Below, piece after piece: positions 1-11,400 of a DNA stretch of 64,000 bases. Numbering within the stretch: position 1 is the first letter of the stretch; each line of letters starts with the position of its first letter. The stretch is from Psammoneis japonica. Taxonomy: Eukaryota. The stretch lies in the NCBI GenBank assembly GCA_008632985.1, contig QPGO01000022.1, positions 248,001 to 312,000 on the forward strand, read 5' to 3'. The notes under the pieces are model-generated. The model ran no database searches, was not told where the DNA came from, and saw only the letters and a program-made list of their open reading frames with translations. The translations under genes were made by a program, and so were the position numbers.

Positions 1-229
1 CACAGTGTAGGAGTAGTACTCTCTCATCTCTACTAGAGTCAGTCATACGTACCTACAGTATCGTATGTTTCGCATTCTGGCACATGACCAATGATCGGAA
101 TGTCTTGTGGAGAAGACCAATGCCTTCTTCCTCTCTCCAGATGAATTTGCCAGAGCAGCAAGAGACACTGTCTTTGGATGCACATGCACGTGCTGCATTT
201 TTTCAGCACAAAAGTTACGTAAACCACTT

Positions 230-2340
230 CATCAAAAGCAGCGCGTTGTGGGATTGCCAGAGACTGTTGCAGGATGCACTCACGCAGCATCTCCAGAGCA
301 CAAAACACACAGCACTTGCACGCGACTTCATCAGGGTCATCACCAGTGGCTCGTGGCTCATTTTCTCTCAAGTGTTGCAGCCGAGATCTCCGTGGAACAG
401 GCGCAGTGATGAAGCTTGCGGTCAACAGACTTGCTTGCACCATGTCTTCCACAAGACGACGACCTGGCTGTCCCACCCACCAGGTGAGGCCAACGAAAGA
501 ACAACAACGAGGCAGTTGAGCCTCATTGTTTCGATTGTGACATTGCTGTTGCAGTCGAAACGATTTGTTTTCATGACAAGTGGTCATGTCTCTGCCTGTT
601 GTGGCTGCACCCAACCCCATCAACTGCGAGACCATTTGTGGGTCCATGCCGGACCCATTGGCCGGAGACTGTCAAGCTCATTTAGAGCCTTTCTTGGCTG
701 AGAGCGCCGAGGCCCCAGCTGCCCTGCGTGATGGCATGCTCATGGCTGGCAACAAGGTTCTCAAGGTCTTTGTGCACCTCGTGGGTGAGCCCACACCCAT
801 TGTTCATGTGGTGCACCACACGATGTGCTGCACTCCTGTGCCAGGCCTCGCTGTGCCTTGGGACAACCGCTCTCACACTCTGGCTTCAGACATCAGCCCG
901 AGCAACCAGGAGAGGTTGTGGTCATTGCCTGGACAGTCAACCCATTTGCATGCACACAACTGGTGAGAGTGCCCACCCCAAATGATGTGCAAAATCAGTG
1001 GGCAGCCATGGCTGGAGCAGACTGCCTCGGGCCCTGTGCCGCTGGGGAGCCCCACGTCAAGGAGGTGCGCACACGTTTCTTGGTGCCAACCCCGCCAGCC
1101 TGCTCGTCCCTCACTGCAGCCTGGCAGAACTTCACTCCACAACAGCTCTGGACAGATGTCATCCAACTCATCATTGCTGATGGTTGGGGAGCGGTGTGTG
1201 CCCCTCTGCTCGATTGGGCACACATGCAGCCTGCACTTGTCACACTGGCAATGCTGTGGGTGATCCAGACCAACCACCCACTGCATCACTGGCCATCCCC
1301 ATGGCCCCTGTTGCAGATGCATGTCTCAATCATTGTGTGTCTGGTCATGGCTCACTCAGGACTTGCCTGCTCTTGCCAATCATGCGGGCACCACGAATGC
1401 CATCCTGACCCACAGATGCTTCAGGCCATGCACACAGAGTTTGCCCAGCAGCACACCTGGGCTGCTGCCGCTTGCACCACAGAACATGCCCCAAAGTCAC
1501 CCACCAAAAACTCCCTCAGACAGTTGCTGGCATCCGTTGCATGTGTGAGGTCAATGCCAATGCAGGCTTGCCCGAGATGTGGCACATTCTTGCCGGGGCC
1601 AGCAAAGCGGAAGCTGTTTCCTCCATCCAAGCAATCCTGAATCAATGGGCACAGCAAGTTGGCACCACTTCCAATGCCCCCATCCTTGCACTGGAGCTGT
1701 TCAAGGGCCTGAATGGTTTTCAGCTGGGCAGCGCCGACCCTCAAGACTTCAACAGTGGACTGAGCATCTTTCTGACAATTGCGGGAACGAGCACCCAGTC
1801 CCAGCAAGCACCCACCCGCTCTTTCATCTTCCAGCAGTTGCGTGCCAGTGGAGCCATGCCGGCACTTTTGGACATGGTGCAATTTAACAACTTGGCCCCC
1901 ATCATCTCTGACAGTGCACTGAGTTTCCTGAGAACCTGCTGTGCCTGCGGCATCCTCCTCCTGGAGGTGGTCCCAGGACCAGCTCATCACCTGTTGCAGT
2001 TGTGTCGAGCCAACTTCTTGCATGGTCTAGAATCAATGGTGATCCAACTCAAGGAGTTCCTTTTGCTCTGCATGTTGGACCAGTGCTCTGGTGTCCTTGC
2101 CCGTTGCTGTCATCACACGCAGCTGAATGTGGTGTCGCACCTCAGTGCGGCACCCAGGCTGGGCAACCCCGTGTGCTGCTCCCGAATCTCGAGGAGCCAG
2201 TTGACATCATTTGCATGGAAGGATGTGTGAGTCGTCTCCTGCCTGTCCCCCATGGTCCTGCAACAGGCACCCATGCCAGCTGTGCCGGCCGCTCCAACCC
2301 ATCCGCCGGGTCCAAGTCCACCAATTCCAGGTGGCACTGT
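230..2340 (+). mobile_element. Heavily eroded transposon relic, probably ORF1 (gag-like) of a diatom DIRS/Ngaro-type retroelement
   Basis: Frameshifted ORF pieces 580-966, 825-1640 and 1472-2230 read as one protein once Cys/His is reverted to Tyr (e.g. PNPINCETICGSMPDPLAGDCQAHLEPF becomes ...YETIY...DYQAYLEPF). The block has almost no TpA. The family call rests on recalled similarity, not a search. Confidence 0.5.
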
Positions 2341-3227
2341 CGATCACCTTGGTGGTCTTGGATTCTTTGCTCACTGTCTTCTCTCAGGCTCTACATTTTC
2401 CTCTATCCCATCTCAACCCAAGCCTCCCTGATCCTCTCTTTCTGACCTTCGGCACTCCAATGATTCCTGCTCCACCTTTCTTGCTCTGTGCCTTGTCCTC
2501 TCCGTCTGCTCTTCTCCCATCGGTTGACTTCGCATGGCATTGCCTGTCCTCCGACCGCTTCGGCAGCATTTGTCGCACTGCCTCTCCCTCCCAATTGGCT
2601 TTTCAAGCTCTTAGCTACAACACGTGGTCCTTCACCTCTCCATGCACGCCCTCCGATTTACTTCCTCTCTTCCTGCTCCTTCATCTCCTGTGCCATCAAC
2701 CAAACGTCCTACGTCTAGTGTTTTCACCCTGTTCCACTCTGCCGCCACTACAGCTGCTCCCGTGCCTCCCTCTGCTGTTCCCTTCCATTCTCTGCAGGCT
2801 CTTCATAACTCTATTCTTAAAACGGGCTCCAGACTGACCTACTGGTACATGCCTGGTACTCCCGCCGTTTTCTTTTGGTTCCTCTTGTAAAGCTTCTACT
2901 GTGGCAACAGCCAGGAGCAAGGCTGTTTTGAACAGCCCAGCTTTGGCTGCAACATTTCTGAGCTTTTTCCAGATGAATCAGAGCCATGCAGGGGGGAGAG
3001 GACGGTCGGTCGCTTAAGGAAATGCGGTGATGCTAACAGAAAGCGAAAATAGCTGGGTACCCGATAGAACTAGTCAAAAGGCTGTCGCTTTTGCTAGAGA
3101 GAAGAACTAAGGGGCTCGAATACTTCTAAAAGTACAATCGCTCTACAGCAATTCTAAAAAAAGAAGCTCCTCGAATGTACCGAAACAAGCTCTGAAATGC
3201 ACTACTCTTTTCCCTTTGGTCGGTTCG

Positions 3228-5479
3228 CTAAAGAAGACCTTGACCATTCTTAGACGAAAAAAAGCTGTCAATAGATTTCTGCGTTTTCCCCTTTGACTTA
3301 ATACCATACTGCAAACGAACTTCTTGGGCGATGTGCGGAGGAAGCTCTGCGAGCACATCAACATCAATATCGCTCCATGAGAAAGTTTCTTCTTGTGGCG
3401 GTTTGTGCGAAAAGCTCTTCAAATTCTGGATGCAACGCCGCTCTTCGTTGTTCCTCAGACTGCAAGGATCTTGACCGCTTCGCTTGCTACTTGCAGTTCT
3501 GTCAAAATGAGGTGCTTCGTTCGATGCCGTTGCCTTAGAAGACACAGATTGTAACTGAGAGAAGATGCAGCGCTCGGGGTTTCTCTTAAAAGCGTCATCG
3601 GACTGCACATCAGAAAAATTGGTTGCTGCAATATTCATTCTCGTGACGTTTACGCTATCCCAGTTTGAGAGCAACGAATCCAACAACGGTTTCACCGCAT
3701 TTTCCAGCTGTCTCCGCATTTCAATGTCTGACATCTTCATCAGATATCTTCCATTTATTTCACATTGCTTGCTCTTGGTAACGAAAGGGCGTCGGTTTTG
3801 TATTCTGCTGTCAACCCCTCGCACCGTCACACGGATTGTAGTTGGAAAGGCGCGGTCGGGATTGGTCGAGTCCGACCTTCGCTGATATAGTAAACGAGGA
3901 AGCCTCAAGAGCAAGTCTTCCATGGCATTCCAGACAGCTTTCCATGACAACACTGTGCCTCGTCGAAACGAGTTCTCGACTGAGACAGTTTTTGGGATAC
4001 CGCCGCGGTCATCAGTGATAGACGAAGAATCAACACCTCGACACTTGTCAAAAAGCATGTCACAAATCGGAAAACTGACAACAGAAGAAGCAGTGACAAC
4101 AGGAGTGCGCAATCAAGTGAGCATACGATGCATCGCCAAAATCATCATGCGCTTGAAAATGCGCACTGACCTGTTGGACGAGTTGCAAGATTTCAAATTT
4201 TCAATGCTCGATTGAACTTGGTGACGAGGAACTTGCAGTAAATCGCTTACGAGTTATGACGAAGAAAAAAATAGCGTTACATACAAAAGCCAGTGGTGTC
4301 AGTCGACAGAAACACCTACTCTATCCTTTGCCATCTTACATAAAACGTACCGACATGTCCAAAGTCCGGTTCTGAAGAATGGTATTGCCGCAAGCAAGGC
4401 GTTAATACCGATAGTGTGCGATGCCCGAGCTGCGGGATTTTTCGTAGCGGCATTGGGAGAATAAGTTGTGATGCTTTCCAAGGGTACAGAATATTGAGAG
4501 AATTGGGCTTCTTCCTCGCAGCAGTAGATATGGATGTGAAACAGACAATGCGTCGAGAATGAGGATCACAAAACCAAATCATTGAACAACCAACAACAAC
4601 AACCAGTGACGCGAAACTAACCTTAAGTTCAGATGCCAGTTTTGCTAGCATGGGCGAGACGGACACTCCAACCGTTGTGTTGAATCCTGTTTCTGACTTG
4701 ATAGCGCGTCGTACTTCGTCAGCCATTCCAGCCGCAACTTGCAACCTCTGAGAACACTGTGTCTTTTGCAATTCCGAGAATCCAATGTGACGGCTATACA
4801 GAGGGGACAACTCGTCGCGGAAGGTGCCCGGTCCAACTGTGCATGTCGCGCCACTTTGGTCTTCGGTCAAACAGACGACGTTATGAGACATCTCACCATA
4901 GACGTAAAGGTTCGGCGATGACACGCTTCTGCGAGAGCCTTCTTTGCGAACGGCTAACTTGACAGCAGCAGTAATGTCTGCACACATTTCATCAAAGCCT
5001 CCCTTGCGCGCCGGAATACCCTCTCCTAGTCTTCTGACCGCCTTTCGGAACGTGTTGTATATATTTCGCGAATGCGCTCGATAGCGTTCAAGATCCGAGC
5101 CCTCGATTATAAGCAAGTTTGGACAGATTTGTTTAGCTTCAGAGCGAGATTGGAGCTTTTTCACTCCGACCTCACGTGCGACGTAATTGCTTGTAACAAT
5201 GATGTGCTTTTGACCGATAGCAATTGGACGCTCTTTGTAATCCGGTGGTCCGTCTATTTCCTCACACTGACAATAAAAGCAATCTACATCTAAATGTAAA
5301 ATGCATTTCGACCACAGTATTTCGATGGAATTGTTTTGTTCAATCCCAGCAGATAACGCGGCACCACAGTGGCGATCTGAATCGCTTTGTTCGACGAAAC
5401 TCGTTGCACTTTCGTCGTCTGATGATGATACGCTGAGGCTCTCACCAGGGGAGTGCAATTCAGACAAATCAAAAGGCAT
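3228..5479 (-). CDS. POLI: Y-family DNA polymerase, Pol iota-like (about 4 exons; introns near 4621-4512, 4350-4248, 4168-4076)
   Basis: Motifs ILHLDVDCFYCQ, PIAIGQKHIIVTSNYVAR, GGFDEM, TVGVS...LAKLAS..KKPN, LPMPLRKIPQLG and little-finger PTTIRVTVR. C-terminal ubiquitin-binding motif DIDVDVLAELPPHIAQEV. GT donors are visible (aag|gttag, cg|gtacg, cag|gtcag). Confidence 0.85.
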
Positions 5480-5790
5480 GACTCAACTTTTCACCACAGA
5501 CTTCACGCGAGCTCGAGCTGTTGCCCTATGATGATCATGAAAAAGGTGCATCGGCTTTTCCAATCTCCTTGTCTCCGTCTCACGAAGAGCAGCTTCCTAA
5601 TTGCTCACCACGGAGTTGCTCACCTACTCTACCGTGCCGTGCCACATGCTCACCACGACTTTTTCGCTTGTTCGAACCACACACGTGCAGCATGTCCCCG
5701 CCCCCCTCTTGTCAACTGACGAAGGCCTGACGCGAATGCGCCATAAAATGATGTGCCGGTAAATGTGTGTGATGTCGAGTTGAGAGTGCA

Positions 5791-5916
5791 TCCACACTGT
5801 TGTTTGCATTGTAACGACAAGACGCCGACACACCAAAGAGGCCATGCCATCCTCCACATTGTTGTTTGCATTGCAATGACAAGATGCCGACACACCAAAG
5901 AGGCCACATGCCATCC
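5791..5916. repeat. ~62-bp tandem duplication (2 copies)
   Basis: tccacactgttgtttgcattgtaacgacaagacgccgacacaccaaagaggcca versus tccacattgttgtttgcattgcaatgacaagatgccgacacaccaaagaggcca. Confidence 0.95.
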
Positions 5917-7701
5917 ACACCCAAGAGGCCACGCCATCGATGCTGCCACCCACACCCAAAGCCAAAATGAAGACATGCCAAAATGAAGACATGCAAGTGT
6001 CTGAGTTGTCCCACTGTGTTGTTGCAGCACAGCCCAAAGCAAGAAATGACATTGACATTTCTCCCATGGCTGCTGCATCTGACTGATTGGCTGATTGATG
6101 TGGCTGGGGCAGAAAACGCAGCAGAAGATGAGCTCAAAAGAAGCAAAGCAAGTTTCTGCAATTTGGGGGAAGGTGCTGACTGTGTTGCGTTCATCATGGC
6201 ACCTGTGGGAGGCGCTGGAGCATGCCAAAACAGAGCATGAGACAGCAATCATGCTGTTGACATTTTGGAAACACAGCAGCCATGGAAACATCATCGCCTG
6301 TTGAAACACACAAAGCATGAACAGCGCAAAGTGCGCCGGTTGCCTGAGTGGTGCTGACTGTGATGCACTCATCATGGGCACCTGTGGGAGGTGCCAGAGT
6401 GTGCCAAAACAAAGCACAAAATTGTGCAGTTGCACTTTTGTCATTTTGGGAACATGGCAGATGTGGTGAGCATGTGACGAGCAATGCCACGGTGAGCAAT
6501 TGGCAGCTCTTCTCATGAAACCCTCCTTGTTTGTTTGCTTTGTGATTTGTGCTTTGGGCAAGCAATTGATTTGATTGATTGAGTGCATGATTGCAGTTGA
6601 GCATGCAATCACAGTTAAGTGCACACAATGTGAGGAGGAGGAGCAGAGCCAGAGCGAGCAAGCAGAGTCAGCGAGGTGCTCTCATCTGTCGTGCATCTGT
6701 GAACAAGCGGGCAGGGAGCACTGACCATGCACACCACTGGAGTGAGGTTGTCCTTCATTCCCTGCTGAGCCATGTGTGTGTGTGTGTGCTGCTGCTGCAC
6801 AGTGCATGCATTGCTGTGTGGTGTCTGCTGCCAGGTTGTTCACAGCAGAAAAATTGCTGGCAACGCAATGGTCATCATGCCAGATGGTGCCATGATCGGC
6901 AGCGTGGATTGCCATTGCACAAGATGGCTCATGTCAAGTTTTGGGCTGCATTGCAGATTGTTGTTGGTGGTGACTCATCATTGTGTGAGATGCTTGTCAT
7001 TGGACACACAGACTTGTGGCGCACTTGTTCTTTTGACAACATGTTGTTGCAACATTCCTTCAATTGGGGAGGCAAGGACAGGATTTCAGATTGTCTGCAT
7101 GTCATGACATCATGGCAAGATTCATGCATGGTGCTGCAGCTGTTTTTTGCAGAAATTTGCAGCAACAGCATGCCAGGTTGCTGATCTAGCATCGTTGAAT
7201 TTGTCATGCACCTCATTTTGTGGTTGATGTTGTTGCTTCTCACTCACAGCAAACAGAGGTTTTCTTCTTGTTTTTGCAACCACAATGGCACAACACACAT
7301 GCCAAGTTGCCATTTGATGCAATTTTTCTGCTGCAGCTGTCTCGTGTGCAATTTGCAGTCGAGTGCCTTCATTCAAAACCAGCAAAAATTGAGTGTTTCT
7401 CTTGACACACCACACTGGCAACCCCAATTTCACACAAACTTCAAGCTCTTCTAAAAAACAGCTCCACACACCCACTGCATGGAATTTGTTAATTTTTTGG
7501 AAGTTTCTGTCAACTCCAATGTCCTCAATGACCATTCCTTGAATCTGAGCAATTGATTTGAATCAAACAGACCATGCTGTTCCAAAACACAAGGGGTGCA
7601 CTTTAAAATGCCAACCAGCCAACTGACCAACACAAAAAAGTGTGCAGTCACCAACCACTGAGTGGTCAATGATTCTGTCCATCTGGCAATCTGTCTTGCC
7701 A

Positions 7702-7826
7702 TTTGTCAGAAAGGGCCCCAGCAGGTGTTCTTCTTGACACTCCACCAAGGTCATCACATGACTGTTTGTCAGGAAGGGCCCCAGCAGGTGTTCTTCTTGA
7801 GGCTCCACCAAGGACATCACATGACT
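7702..7826. repeat. 63-bp tandem duplication (2 copies)
   Basis: tttgtcagaaagggccccagcaggtgttcttcttgacactccaccaaggtcatcacatgact repeated with a few substitutions from 7765. Confidence 0.95.
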
Positions 7827-8479
7827 CTTGTTTTGCAATGATGATGCATCAAACCAAGTTGTCATCTCTGGTCACAGACTCCAATCCCAAGTGGGAACAG
7901 TCTGACAACAGCAGAACCTGAGCAGGTTTGGCATGAGAAAATTTTCATTCCTGATGTGGACCTGACAGCACCGCAGTTGATGCCGGGTGGTTTTGGGGAT
8001 TTAAAGACCAAAGCAACCCTTGAGAGCTTGTGACACATGACAAATGATTGTCAAAGCATCATCAACAACATCCAATGTCATTGGAAAACAACTGTTGACT
8101 CATGGTGCACAAAATTGAACTGACCAAGTGTCACACACATGGGAAAAGAATCAACACAGCCATCTTGTCATCCGGCATCTGCCACAATTTGTGTGCCACA
8201 TGCATGAACCACTCTGACTCACAGGGCCAACAAATGATGTGGCCCATCAAAACCAAGTCCTCACAAACTCAGGTTGCAGACTCCAGCCAGCCCCAAGTGC
8301 AAATGTGGTCTGACACAAAAACTGGCCAATTTGGCCTGAGAAATTTTCATTCCCAATGTGAGCAATCACCCATGGACCCAACAGCACCACAGTTGAAACC
8401 ACCATCATCAGGACTCACATCCAAAATTTTGATCTGATTGCTCAACTCCACACAGCTCACAACTCAAGTGAAGAGAGCA

Positions 8480-11400
8480 AACAATGGCAGTTGTGCCACC
8501 ATCAGTTGCAACAAGTGACCTGGGCCATTGTTTCTTGTGCAAGCAGCTTGGAGTGTGCAGTGGTTGTGGGTTCTTGGATCTTCAGGGCCCAAATCTGGAA
8601 TGGCAAGAAATGTTGGTGCTTGATCTTCTGCAATGAAACGTTGACACTGAGTTGTTGAACTTGTTTTTCAGATGCGTTGAAGAAAGGCTTCTGAAGACCA
8701 CCTCTGCCAATCAGCACAACGGAGTGCACAGGAGTGTTTGTGAGGTGTGTTGCCACAAATGGGGCTGGAGTGGGCGTCAATTTTGGATGCTCATGGCCTG
8801 ACTTCTCTTTTCTGATTGCATTTGTAACTGCAGAGTGAATCTTCTTGGTCAGAATGACTGATGAGAGAGAAAGCAAAGTTTTCCCTTGGGGCAGACGGCG
8901 CATGCTGGGGAGTCTGGGTTGGCTCCTGGGTGGGACAGCACACAGCAAACTGCTGCAGACTGGGCACAGACTGGGCAGAGTGGATTGTTCCCAGTTTGGA
9001 ACATCATCCATGCATTGCATTGCTTGACTTGCCATTCTTTTTGCACTCAAAGCTGACAGAGATTGTGTTGGCTGGTGCCAGGTCTTGGTCTTCATGGTCC
9101 AGTTTGGTGCTCTTGTGAGAACAGCAGGGGTTGCTGAGAGCCAACAGCTTGGTTTGTTGCTTGCCTTTGGTTTTGGAGCACTTGCAGGAGTTGCAGCTTT
9201 GCAAAGAACCAAGTGCCAACAATCAGTTGGCTTGTTGTGATGTCTCTTTGCATGTTGCTTGGTTTCAAGACAAAGCACAGAGAAGGGAGGCAGTGATTGC
9301 CTTTTTGTTGTTTCCACTTTCCATCTTGGTTCTCGCAACCTTGGTGTTGGTGGAGAAAAAGGTGTGTGAGGTGCATCTGTCCTTGTCCAAAAAGATGTGT
9401 GAGGTGCATCCGTCCTTGTCCAATCTTGGGTCCTTCATGTCACAAGACCTGAAGGACAATGCCACATTGTCTGCAGTGGCTCTGTGATGGTCCCTGCCAC
9501 CATTGTGCCAAAATCATTTGGCAGAGTGTTGCCCTTTTTGCGTGGCTGTTGCAAAGGCTCCAAGGGTGCAGCGCAATTGGATGACAGCAAGCTCATCCAT
9601 GAATGGGTTGTCTGCAAGTCCAACCTCACCAAAAAAGTGTTCTCAGTGGGTGAGAGCTGCACCTTGCTTTTTGTTGGTGTGTCTTTGGCACTTGCTTCTC
9701 AGTGGGCTCCTTCAGTGTCAAGGAAGTCAACCAAGAGAAACAATTTTGTTGGCAAAAAGGTGAGATGTGAAAAAAGCAAATGAGTGAGTGTGTTGTCAGA
9801 TGAGTTGCCATCATGGGATGGGCAGTCACCAACAGCACTCTTCTTTCCTGGAAAACAATGACTGAAGGATTTGCTTTTGGCACCCAGCATGATTGGTGCA
9901 AATTTGTGGGTGATTTCAATTTGTTCTAGATCAGTCTCTTCATTGCCAAAGTTGGACTTTGCAGCCAGCAGTCAGCCAGAGGTGGTGGTGCTGTTGCCTT
10001 GGGAAGAGCCCGTGAAAAGGGCAGGAGGTTGCCTTTGATCATGTGAGCAATCTGCCCACATGCCGTGAGTTCCTTGGTTTTGAGTGTGAGACCATGTGCC
10101 AGATGATGGAGAATCTCCTGCAACACATCAACCTGTCTGGATGTTGCAGCCACTGACACCACATTCAGATGCAAGTTTGAGAAATCTTCTTGTCCAAAGC
10201 CTTCCATCTTTGATCTCTCAAGAGGTCACATCTTGAGCCACCTTCTGTTTTTGACATGTGGTGTGAGTCAACACAGGTGACTCAGGAAGTGATGTGTGGG
10301 GAATGATGTGTCCAAGGCAGTTGAGGCAACCAACAAGATGTTGTTCAATCTCCTTGTGTGAGTTCCACCTTTCTTGACAAGTTGTTGGAATTGCTTGGGC
10401 CAAGCCACAAATTTGCCTTTTGAAAGTGCCGTGCTCATGTGTCATGTGTCTGGCAGCCAGCCAAGGACTGTCTTGAGTTGTTCAAGTCTCCCTTCAACAA
10501 GGATCTTCTTTGAGCAGGTGAGGTTGTCACAAATGAGATCTTTGTTGGGGTGCACTGGCTGGCAAATGGCAAACCGCATCCATCCCCAGGAGCACTTCTC
10601 TTTGTTTGGCAGCACATGTCAACATCTGGAATGACTGTGACTGTGTCATCTGTGCAGGATGGCATTGGGAGGGATGTCAACCAGGATGTCAAGAGCTGGA
10701 GCAAATGGCACATCAGCGCTCTCACAATGTGGGGGGAGGTGGTCTTTTGTCAGGTTTTGGAGGGTGGTTGGGTCCCAGGACTTGCGCTGCAGGATGTCAT
10801 TGCCCAGATTGCAAATTGATCTGGAGATGTTGCCCCACAGATCTGGTTTGGCTTGCATCCACAGCAGGTGAATCTCAGAGCCAGGGGGGGGGGCAAGAAG
10901 TCATCCATGGTGGCAATGGATTGTGCCACTGTGTTGCTGTTCAAGTGACCTCAGCAGCAGGCCAACTTGCAGTTGGTCTTCTGGATCAGAGCCCAGGTTT
11001 GTGGGTGTTGGAGATGGGCTGATGCAACGTGGTGTGTCAGGCAGTGCAGCACATTTCCATGGTGCGTGCAAGGGGCAAGAAGTTCTTCAGATGTGACTTT
11101 GGGATTCACTGAGGTGCCCAGCCCCAATTTGAAGGATTGTTCATGAGCAACGCACTTGGATGGAACCACCTCACCCCTTTCATTGATTGGGAAGATGATG
11201 GATCTTGTCTTTCAGCAGTCAGGGGCAGTTCCCAGCATTCGTGGACTTCATTGTGAAGTTTTTCTCTCAGGATGGATGCATGTCACTGCTGACTTGTGGT
11301 TTCCTCTCTCAATTGCTTTGCCCAGGTTGTCATGTTGCACACCCTCTTTGACTGGTTCAAGGGAAACTTGGCTGGCTCCATGGGAATTGACTTTCTTCCA

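Larger units (their letters stand above)
5700..8450. mobile_element. Unidentified eroded repeat/TE DNA with internal duplications
   Basis: Near-complete TpA loss, only short Cys/His-rich junk ORFs, and several diverged direct repeats (5791-5916, 6172-6231/6350-6411, 7702-7826, ~7935-7980/~8338-8397). Confidence 0.55.

Noticed and set aside
39..701. 202/205-aa ORFs at the window start as genes
   Set aside because: They overlap on opposite strands inside the eroded block and show no recognisable motif.
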